Shown in pieces: positions 1 through 15,800 of a stretch of 64,000 bases of DNA (position 1 is the stretch's first letter; each line of letters opens with the position of its first letter). The stretch spans positions 1 to 64,000 of the forward strand of contig JAQGDQ010000645.1 in NCBI GenBank assembly GCA_030141605.1. Direction: 5' to 3'. A program made the position numbers and the translations under genes. The notes below the pieces were generated by a model that saw only the letters and a program-made list of their open reading frames with translations, searched no databases and was not told the origin of the DNA. Origin of the DNA: Tubiluchus corallicola (Eukaryota; Animalia; Priapulida).

Positions 1-52
1 TGATAGCAATACGTAACTAATCGATGTGCTTCGTTCGGTTACGTATTTCAAG

Positions 53-4930
<4,878 letters not shown>

Positions 4931-5804
4931 TTAAACAAAAGTGTTTGTTGATCATATAACTTTTTATTTTGCTGGAGTGATGTGAAACAAAAACATTTTT
5001 ATTTGTACATAACTTATTTATTTTTAAAAGAGTAACACAAACTTATTCTCAAACTAAAAATACGTTAATGGTTTTTTCTTCTATTCAATTCAATTCAATA
5101 ATTTTTTATTTGGCTGATTTGCAACACAAAGCATTAAACTATTTACATATTGATAATAACAATAGGATAATAAAAACAGAAACGATTTGGAAATCGTACA
5201 GATCAGCCTCGAGGAGAGTAGGAGCGTGAGCTTTTGAAAGACACCACGAGATGGCGCAAACACACGCATGGTGCAGACAGAGAAACATATGCAAAATAGC
5301 TCAAAGTTAAAACAATATTCAGCTATAAAAACAATTAATGATAATAATACAGACAAATGAGATTAGAAGTACTTAAAAACGCCAATTAGCAGGTTAGGTA
5401 ACGTGTCAGCAACAAATCAAATATATACTTTTTAAAACGTAATTGAAATTCTTTTGCTCAAAGAAGGATTTGAGTCCATTGTTGGATAGCAGTATATGAT
5501 GGATTTCGGTAATCGTAACTAGTGTAAATGGCAGGAGGATAAGGGTTATCAACAACTCTACGAGTAAAATAGTTATGTATTTGTTGAACAGGAGTTAAAT
5601 AAATGACAACAGTTGTAGAGTTGATGTTTTAACAATTCACGTTTCTACTAAGCTTGCCAAACTTCAGAGTGACTGTGAAAGTATTTGTGGTGTGTTAGAA
5701 GTAAAGAATTACTAATAGATTTGGTGCAGTTTGGTGAATGAAGACAACTGAGCGATCTTAGTGGAAACTTATTGGCAGCTTTCTCCAGAATCAAACTCTG
5801 AAAG

Positions 5805-6033
5805 CAGAACCTATTTCAGCCTAAGCGAGGCCCGGGGAAGTGGGTGTGTGTGAGGCCCCCTCGGAAGGGGGGGGGGGGTGGCGCCCAGAAATTTTTGAAC
5901 TGCTAGAACGCCGGAGAAGCACTTTCGAAGAGAAAATATGGAGTTATACGGTTGTTAAAGGAAAGAACAATTGAAAGAAAAACTGCTTTATTCTAAAGAC
6001 TACTCCTTAATACTTGTCAATACTGGCAAACAG

Positions 6034-6092
<59 letters not shown>

Positions 6093-6301
6093 AGAGGGAG
6101 AGAGAGAGAGAGAGAGGGGGAGAGAGAAAGAGGGAGAGAGGGAGAGAGAGAGGGGGGAGAGAGAAAGAGGGAGAGAGGGAGAGAGAGAGGAGGCAGTATG
6201 TTCGCATAAAGCAAAAAATTGTTACCTTCGCGCGAGGCCCCCCTGGAGGGTGAGGCCACGGGGAAGTATCCCCACTCCCCTCCCCCCTGAAATAGGCCCT
6301 G
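5805..6301. mobile_element. hAT-type MITE containing a (GA)n tract
   Basis: TIR CAGAACCTATTTCAG / CTGAAATAGGCCCTG; 8-bp TSD TCTGAAAG / TCTGGAAG; GA microsatellite at about 6036-6192. Confidence 0.7.
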
Positions 6302-6629
6302 TCTGGAAGACGCTAGACTGGGACCGTTGCTAGGAAGTGGCTCAATTAGAAAATTGTTAATGGGGCCCTCTACAAAAACTGAAGCTTGGTGTTTTATGCT
6401 TCCCGGAAATATTCGAATATCTCGACTAGGAATAAGCAACAACAAGAAGTAGTTCTGTAGCTTTAATTCTGAATGGAAACGACGGAAAAGTTAGCTTTGC
6501 GGCTGCGAATAAAAAATGCAATCTTTTGCTTCCCGTGTTTGCTGTTTGGAGGTGATGTTACGTTTCTGAATGTAATTTTTCTGAAACAGCACCCCCACGA
6601 ATTTTAGCTACGAGCCGTCACTTGCTAGT

Positions 6630-7470
6630 AATGTAGTGCATAATGACTCATTTGATAGTAAACTATTACATACAATATTAGTGCAAATGTGAAACAAAAT
6701 TTAAAGTTAGTAACTTGTGTACAATGTAGTGCATAATAACTCATTTGATAGTAAACTATTACATACAATATTAGCGCAAATATGAAACAAAATTTAAGGT
6801 TAGTAACTTGTATACAATGTAATGCATAATAACTCATTTTATAGTAAACTATTACATACAATATTAGTGCAAATATGGCACAAAATTTAAGGTTAGTAAC
6901 TTGTGTACAATGTAGTGCATAATAACTCATTTGATAGTAAACTATTACATACAATATTAGTGCAAATATGAAACAAAATTTAAGGTTAGTAACTTGTGTA
7001 CAATGTAGTGCATAATAACTCATTTGATAGTAAACTATTACATACAATATTAGTGCAAATATGGCACAAAATTTAAGGTTAGTAACTTGTGTACAATGTA
7101 GTGCATAATAACTCATTTGATAGTAAACTATTACATACAATATTAGCGCAAATATGAAACAAAATTTAAGGTTAGTAACTTGTGTACAATGTAATGCATA
7201 ATAACTCATTTGATAGTAAACTATTACATACAATATTAGTGCAAATATGAAACAAAATTTAAGGTTAGTAACTTGTGTACAATGTAGAAATTAATAAGTC
7301 ATTTGATAGTAAACTATTACATACAATATTAGTGCAAATATGAAACAAAATTTAAAGTTAGTAACTTGTGTACAATGTAATGCATAATAACTCATTTGAT
7401 AGTAAACTATTACATACAATATTAGTGCAAATATGAAACAAAATTTAAGGTTAATAACTTATGTACAATA
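6630..7470. repeat. 93-bp tandem minisatellite, about 9 copies
   Basis: Unit starts ATGTAGTGCATAATAACTCATTTGATAG at 6631, 6724 and so on. Confidence 0.95.
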
Positions 7471-7789
7471 ATGTAGTTGCGATAAATAGAGATAGTACAG
7501 TGACAATGTACATACGATATAAAAAATAAAAATGTTTACTAACAATGTAGGCCATAAGCAGTAAAAATAAATAGCTCATTAACAATATATATAGGCTGGT
7601 TGTTCTCAGTACTCAGACTAACGTGTTAATTACTCCGTGCCAAATATAAATACCTGTCCATTGATGTAATCGCATTATCATCATTGATCAATGTTAGCCA
7701 AGCTAACGAAAATGGGCCAATTATATAGTTATAATTCTCCATGGCAGATTATAATAAGAGTATATAAAAAAGTGTATATATAAGTATAT

Positions 7790-8292
7790 TAATACGGCCA
7801 TATCACATTGAAAACACCGGTTCTCGTCTGATCACCGAAGTTAAGCAACCTAGAGCCTGGTTAGTACTTGGATGGGTGACCGCCTAGGAATACCAAGTGC
7901 TGTATGCTTTGCGGGATGCCCACACTGTATCTCGACACTAGGCGGAGGAGCTGCACAAGGCAGCCAACGGCTAGAGGGTGGAGGAGGTCAAGTGACCCAA
8001 CGGCCATGTGTAGAGGAGTAAACCTTCCAAATCAGGAGTGGAGCCCCGAAGACGGACCAGTGCAGCATGCTCACTGACTCCGGCAGCTCCTGCAGCAAAC
8101 CTGGTGCCAAACGTATCGCTCCGCTTTCCTTTGGACTGCACCAGGGAGGAAGAGAGGGGGTTCCTGTTGTCTTGACAACTCAGGATCTCCATGCACCTTG
8201 CCCAGGCGTGCGCCCTGGAGACGTTCAAGGATCGAACTCTCTTGGCGCACATTCCATTGTCTTCCGAGACAGAAGGATGCCAACAAAAACAA
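7790..8292 (+). mobile_element. 5S rRNA-derived SINE (SINE3-type), copy 1
   Basis: 7790-7910 is a near full-length 5S rRNA-like head (TACGGCCATATCAC...GATCACCGAAGTTAAGC...GTACTTGGATGGGTGACC...GTGCTGTA). It is fused to a ~380-bp GC-rich body shared with 61966-62439 and ends in a CAA-type tail. Confidence 0.85.
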
Positions 8293-8789
8293 TTAATGAA
8301 AAAATAATCTTTAAAAAACAGACCAGCATAGGTATGGGAAGACCTGTATAGTAACGCCATTATTTCAGCTAATCCCAAGTTTGTCTATAACAGATCAGCC
8401 CCAGTTTGTAGGTAAAAAAATCAAAAAGACGATAAGTATTACCACTAGGTGGCACTTGCCAAAGGTAACACGAAACTTCTGTAGCTTACTTGTGCTCTCA
8501 GAAATATCACAAATCAAGTTATCTATTTAAAAAAAATACATCTTACTACATTAACAATGCTCTGCTTTTATTAGCATTTAACGTCATTATTCAAAATGAG
8601 CAAACCCAGACGTGAAATGGTTGCGATTTTAAAATGATTTCACTAATTACAGACGTGCTTATATTTCATTTCTATTGCCGGTCATTGAATTAAGCCCACC
8701 TTCCCAGAACTGTTAACTTTTCTTTTAATAAAGATAATAGATTTTAGGCCATTTATTAAACAGAGACTAAAAGTGAAAATTTTAGATAA

Positions 8790-9700
8790 ATGTTTTGATT
8801 GAGCGACTGCTGTCATCATCAGTGGTAAATTGTTACAAACCTACAAGCAGTCTATATAAGCAGAACCTATTATGTACCATTTAAGTATTAACAGAAGTCA
8901 AATAGGTAATGAATAAACAGTAGAGACAATAAACATAAACTAGTAAAGAAAGTGATACAGTAAATTATCCACTAATCATGTATTTATGCACTAATCATGT
9001 ATTTACAAAAAGCCAAAGAGGTAATATTACAGTACCTATTTGGCTTTTTGTAAATGCATAATTAGTGCATAATTTACTGTATCAATTTCTTTTATGCTGG
9101 TCGCTTATTCATTAGCTATTTGGCTTCTGTGGAAGTTGTAATTGTACATTTTAATTAGGTGCTGCCATCTATGAACTAATCCTGTTACATTTTACTAGCT
9201 AAACTCATCCCCAGTATAATTGTACGGTCCAGTGAATGCATATTCACTGGATCTCTCCCTAATTTAAAGTAATGGTTTTGTATAGCCTGTACAAATATGC
9301 ATAGTCACCTATACCTATATACTGTCTTGTTTTACTTTCTAGTCACTGTCTAACTCTCAGTGTTCAGTGCAGCAGTCATTCTACTTATGTGTATGTAGTT
9401 TAATAAACACTTTTCTGTGCAAATATGTAGTATAGTTTTTTATTCTTGTTCTACAAGTGAGTGATCTACAACTTTAAACATGACTTTCACAGCTTCTGTT
9501 AAATACATAATTAGTGTATAATTTACTGTATCAATTTCTTTTCTACTGGTCGCTTATTCATTAGCTATTTCGCTTCTGTTAAATACATAATTAGTGCATA
9601 ATGTTCTACACTGTAGGCTCTGCCTATATAAACAGCTTGTATGTTTGTAAAAATTTACCACTAATGATAACAGCAGTAGCTCTGTCGAAACGTTTGATAT
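8790..9700. mobile_element. Foldback element with hammerhead-like cores at both ends (Penelope-like derivative)
   Basis: 8790-8870 is the reverse complement of about 9612-9700. Internal palindrome 8890-9130. Consensus of the two ends reads CTGATGA-t-GACAG-cagtagct-CTGTC-GAAAC-GTT. Confidence 0.55.
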
Positions 9701-10159
9701 GATTTTTAACTACGTAAACTAAAAGTTTTAATAAAGTTGTGTTGGTTTAACAAAAAAATGTTTTTAAGGCCCTGTAATAAAAAATTGATTTCAATAAACT
9801 GATATAATTTTGTCCACTTTCTCATTTTTTACCAAAACTAAACTCGGTGGCTGTAAGTTTCCTCTCGTTTCTTCTGAAACCCTTTGAACTGGTTCCGCCG
9901 TAACCACGTAGTTTCGAACCGGTTCCGGCATAACCATCAGCTCTTACAGAAGCCGGATTGAGGCATTTCTTCTTTAGATCTTTCTTGGTTAGACACGTAG
10001 ACGGAAAAACTTCAACGAGCTTTCGAATAAAAACAAACGTTTAGTATAGTATAGAAACTGTATAGTTTGTGTGAAAGTTTTCAATATCGTATGTATGTGT
10101 TTGCAATATAATTGTGTGAATAGTTAAAGCGTATTATTCCAAAGAAGAAAATCGGGCAC

Positions 10160-11460
10160 ATTTTGTGCAATGCGTGACGCCTGCTGCATGTACAACAGTT
10201 TATATTTAAACATGTGCAAGCGTTTCCATGTGTGCGTGACGCCTGCTGCATGTACAACAGTTTATATTTAAACACGTGGAAGCGTTTCCATGTGTGCGTA
10301 ATGCGTGATGCATGATGCGTATACAACAGCTTATATTTAAACATGTGCAAGCGTTTCCATGTGTGCGTAATGCGTAATGCGTATACAACAGTTTATATTT
10401 AAACATGTGCAAGCGTTTCCATGTGTGCGTAATGCGTAATGCATGATGCGTATACAACAGCTTATATTTAAACATGTGCAAGCGTTTCCATGTGTGCGTA
10501 ATGCGTAATGCGTATACAACAGTTTATATTTAAACATGTAGAAGCGTTTCCATGTGTGCGTAATGCGTGATGCGTATACAACAGCTTATATTTAAACATG
10601 TGCAAGCGTTTCCATGTGTGCGTAATGCGTAATGCGTATACAACAGTTTATATTTAAACATGTGGAAGCGTTTCCATGTGTGCGTAATGCGTGATGCGTA
10701 TACAACAGCTTATATTTAAACATGTGCAAGCGTTTCCATGTGTGCGTAATGCGTGATGCGTATACAACAGTTTATATTTAAACATGTGGAAGCGTTTCCA
10801 TGTGTGCGTAATGCGTGATGCGTATACAACAGTTTATATTTAAGCATGTGCAAGCGTTTCCATGTGTGCGTAATGCGTAATTAATGATGCGTGATACGTA
10901 TACAACAGTTTATATTTAAACATGTGCAAGCGTTTCCATGTGTGCGTAATGCGTAATTAATGATGCGTGATACGTATACAACAGTTTACATTTAAACAAG
11001 TGCAAGCGTTTCCATGTGTGCGTAATGCGTGATACGTATACAACAGTTTACATTTAAACAAGTGCAAGCGTTTCCATGTGTGCGTAATGCGTGATACGTA
11101 TACAACAGTTTATATTTAAACATGTGCAAGCGTTTCCACGTGTGCGTAATGCGTGATACGTATACAACAGTTTACATTTAAACATGTGCAAGCGTTTCCA
11201 TGTGTGAGTAATGCTTTATCCATAATGTGTGATGTGTGGTCCTTAACAGTTTATATTTAAACACGTGCAAGCGTTTCCATGTGTGCGTAATGCGTAATTC
11301 ATGATGCGTGATATGTATACAACAGTTTACATTTAAACATGTGCAAGCGTTTCCATGTGTGCGTAATGCGTGATGCGTGATACGTATACAACAGTTTATA
11401 TTTAAACATGTGAAAGCGTTTCCATGTGTGCGTAATGCGTGATGCGTGATACGTATTCAC
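10160..11460. repeat. Minisatellite, ~55-80-bp variable unit with internal (ATGCGTR)n expansions, about 20 copies
   Basis: Repeated core TACAACAGTTTATATTTAAACATGTGCAAGCGTTTCCATGTGTGCGTAATGCG. Confidence 0.95.
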
Positions 11461-11729
11461 TTGAATGTGATGGCTATCGTCTGAATACGCATCATGCTTT
11501 ACGCACTACAGATTACGCATTAGGCGCACATGGAGTCGTAGCTTAAGTCCTAGGAAGTGATCATCAGCATGCTATTTTTCAAAATGATTTATTCAGGCCG
11601 ATGATCGTGAACACCCACCCACGACTCGTGTCTGCTTTCAAAGGAAGTAAAATGCTACGAAACTTTTAACCACTTTTTCCACTTGACTGTAGCGTTTGTT
11701 ATGGCTCCATGAAAAGTTGACAAACTTGA

Positions 11730-12745
11730 CTACATCTTAGACGTTGTTCGTTGCAGACGCCGGGATTTTTCAGTACTCAATGGCAAAAAAGGTCTTACTT
11801 GTCTCTTCAATGTGAAACACACTCCCTGAGTGAGACATCAGTATGGGAGAGAGCGAGCAGAGAGACAATGGACGTCGTTGTTGTAGACAATAATGTGTTA
11901 ACACTTTTGCTAAGTTTTGTTCATGTTTCGTAACAGTTTCAATATGATAAATAGCATAGATTGTTCCCGTTTAACCTGGCAAATCCCAACAGTTTTGTAC
12001 AAAGTTCACACTCACTCATAGTCAAATATCTAATATAATTTACAGCCAAAAATTTACTGTTACTTTGCTCAAGTTGCCGTGAATATCAGTTTCTCATTAT
12101 TCCATAAATTTCTAAGTAACTTTCACTTACCACTCCTGAGATGATTCCCTCGAAGGTTTTCCAACAAAATACGTCCCCGCAGTTTATACAAGATTTTGAG
12201 ATCCAAGCAATGGCGGTTGGTGATAGATCTTTGCTCCAGACGTTTATATCTCGATGCATAGAATTCTCGCTAGCACCGTATAAGACATCGCCAACAATGT
12301 TGTCATTTTTATCGAAAAAGAGTTTAGTTTCGTCCATTTCATCTTGCAAGTCCGCTACTTCGGTTTGACCTCCAGCCTAGAAAAAACAATTCCTTTCGTT
12401 TTTCGTTCTGAATTTCATTCATTTTAACGTCGTATTAACATTATAAGTTATGTATTTTATTTATTTACTGACGATTTACAATCCATACAATTACAATTGC
12501 AATTACAAGTTACAAAACATTACATAAACAATGCAGTACATTACAATGAAGAAAAAACTACACGGACAAAACCCCGCACGCACTTGGGGTATAATTGTGA
12601 ACACAATACACAACAAAACACAGTAGTAAGAATAATGATGATGATGATGATGATGATAATGATGATGATGATGATGATGATGATAATGATGATGATGATG
12701 GTGATGGTGATGGTGATGGTGATGGTGATGGTGATAGTGATGATA

Positions 12746-12802
<57 letters not shown>

Positions 12803-15800
12803 TTGATGTTGATGATGATGATGATCATGATGATGATGACGACGACGACGACGACGACAACAACAACAACAATAATAATAATAATAGTAAACAGGTATTT
12901 ACAGTGGACCATATTACAGTATACCACATATGCTGTAACAGGTGCTGTACAGCCTGATTACTACGCCAGAAGTATCATTTCACATTATCATATTTCACAA
13001 CTACATTTTTACAGGAGAATCGAGTCACTCAACTTTCAACAGTAAAAGGCTGCCTCTAGAGCAGGGGTGTGCAAATTATCTGACTAGCCGGGCCACATTA
13101 AACATTCCCACAATTCCTGTGGGCCACATGCAGTTTGGTCAAGAAACCAAGTACAGTAGGACCTAATAACGATTTTTTGCATCCGATTTGCACACATCAT
13201 TACTACTGCACTACTACACTCAAGAAACTATTTTAGAAGTTATTAAAATTTATATTAAAAACCACATATTTCGTCATGTCCGACAGTGACATTAAGTGAC
13301 AACGGTCTTGTAAGGGTTAAGCCATCCGATCTAGAGGAAAAAACTACCCGCACTATCTTTGCGATATTGGCGCAGACTTCAGCTGGATCACGTGGGCCGC
13401 ACTTTCATTACGTTGACAAACCTCTTCGTGGGCCGCACAAGATCTCTCGGCGGGCCGCAGTTTGCACACCCCTGCTCTAGAGTAAGTCTGAAGAACCAGA
13501 TTTTCTATTTATTTTTCGGAATGTTGCGCATTGTCATTTTTACCCGGTTTTTGAAATAGATAAGCGATGTGTTAATAATGATTGAAAATGCTACCGCTGT
13601 ATTGCATGAACGTTGAAAAATAAATACGTACAACGATTATACAACGAGTTGTAAGCTACGAGAATGATCATAATGGTTTAACTCGTTTCATCATCTATAG
13701 ACTGCTGCTGCTTTTGCATATATCTGTTAATCTGACATCATTAACAAAAAAACACAATGCTTTATTAAGACACTCAATGCGATATTTAATGTATGGAACC
13801 AATTTTGAACTTTCTTCATTAACTACCGACGGAATAAAAATAATTCGTGAGAAATGTCTGTGGTCACGTGAGAAATGTCTGTGGTCACGTGAGAAATGTC
13901 TGTGGTCACGTGAGAAATGTCTGTGGTCACGTGAGAAATGTCTGTGGTCACGTGAGAAATGTCTGTGGTCACGTGAGAAATATCTGTGGTCACGTGAGAA
14001 ATGTCTGTGGTCACGTGAGAAATGTCTGTGGTCACGAATGCTGGTTGCTGTAGAACAGCTTTTTTATTAACTCTGCGTCTTTTTGCAACGGAGTTTTCGA
14101 AGCAAATTTTGTGCTGATGTCATTAAAATAATATCAAGTAGAGGTAATTCACAAATACGGTCTAGTTTTTCTCTGGCTGGTTTAAAATTGCAGCCGGATA
14201 TCCTGTCTTCCTGATATCGTAGATGAAGTAAAAGTAAAATTAATTTGGTTGTATAGTGGATATTGCGTTGTATTGGTTGTGTGTAGCTGATTATTGACGC
14301 TTGAAGAATGGCAAAGCTATGAAGAGACTGATTACAAAATGACACGTTTATTAAACATCAACATAATAAATATAATAGATAGCAATGCCTAAATAATCAC
14401 TTGCTCACGTGACACCACTCCTTAACTGGCTTCATACCAGCATTCATCAACATAATTATTTATCATAATCTAATGCTTTCAACATAATTTAACAGGTTCT
14501 CTTTACTGATGGCAAAAGTCTCTTACTCTTTTTCCTCCATTGTAATGCACAGTCATCCGTTTCTTCTTTGAGCTCACCACCACGCAATAGTGGTTCCACT
14601 GATTCAGCACATCAATGGGGTCCGTTGGAAATACACTAATCCGGCTGCAAAATGGTAATACAGTGGAAAAAACAAAGTAAATGAGGGTAAGTTTTCTACC
14701 AGACGGTTTAGTCTAGTGGTAATGCGTGTGCGTTCCGTCTGGGAGGTCGTGAGTTCGAACCAACAGCCGGGTCATACCAAAGACTTTAAGAATGGTACCT
14801 GCTGTTGCCCTGCCTGGCGCGTGGTATTTAGGGTAAAAGTGGGGTAATTATAGTCTCTGTTATGTAGTTATAGGTTGTTATTTACAGTCGGCGATAATAG
14901 CTCTTTGAGCTAATGTTAATTGTTGACCCAAAAGCAAACTTTAAATAAAGATTATTATTATTATTACTCTTCTTACAGAGGACAGGACATTTGAGCGCGG
15001 GAAAATTGGGCATAGCCGTTTGGGCACCAGACACTTAGGTGCCAGTGCCGACGCTCATTGCAGCGGGCTGATTCCATCGCGCGAGAGTAAACTACAATTT
15101 TACGCTGCTTTACATTCCTTGTAGGTTAAACCTTTACGGGAATTCACGTTCATTGCCTGATAGTGATACCATGTAATTTTAGAACATGCAAAGTTTTTTT
15201 TGCAAGAAAAGAAAAAATTATTTTCGCGAGTACGAACGTGTAATTAAAACTGGAAATAAGTTCCTATAGCACGCACAGGGGTGTATGAAGACTTTACGAT
15301 GCCTTAGGCTAATAGTTCTGCCCCGCCTGTTGTGAATGTATGGTTGTTTATATAGCGAGCGATCAAACAATTACTTGTGGTGTATTAGAAACACTATTAG
15401 CCTAGTTTCTTCGTAGTCATAATTAATTACATATATTGCGTGTGCTCTGTGTTAAATGGGGGAGAACAATAAGTCCCACCCACGAGTAGAACGAGTCACA
15501 CAGAGTTGTTGAAAGTACAAAAGGGCACGAAAAGGCACGAAAGGGTACGAAAAGGTACGAAAGGGTACGAAAAGGTACGAAAATGCACGAAAAGGTACGA
15601 AAGGGCACGAAAAGGTACGAAAGGGTACGAAAGGGTACGAAAAGGTACGAAAATGCACGAGAAAAGTACGAAGGAGCACGAAAATGGTACGAAAAGGCAC
15701 GGAAAAGCACGAAAAGGTACGAAAAGGCACGGAAAGGGCACGAAAGGGTACGAAAAGGCACGAAAATCGCACGAAAAGTACGAAAAGGCACGGAAAGGCA

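Noticed and set aside
6625-7233. 202-aa ORF with 31-aa repeats
   Set aside because: It is open only because the 93-bp unit is a multiple of 3; there is no domain or splice support.
7790-7910. Functional 5S rRNA gene
   Set aside because: The 5' end is altered, there is no T4+ terminator or tandem array, and it is fused to a body shared with a dispersed copy, so it is better explained as a SINE head.
10160-11460. CRISPR-like repeat/spacer array
   Set aside because: The variable parts are internal 7-mer expansions, not unique spacers; there are no cas genes and the context is eukaryotic.
14698-14772. tRNA gene
   Set aside because: No convincing acceptor stem; it continues into a SINE body and tail.
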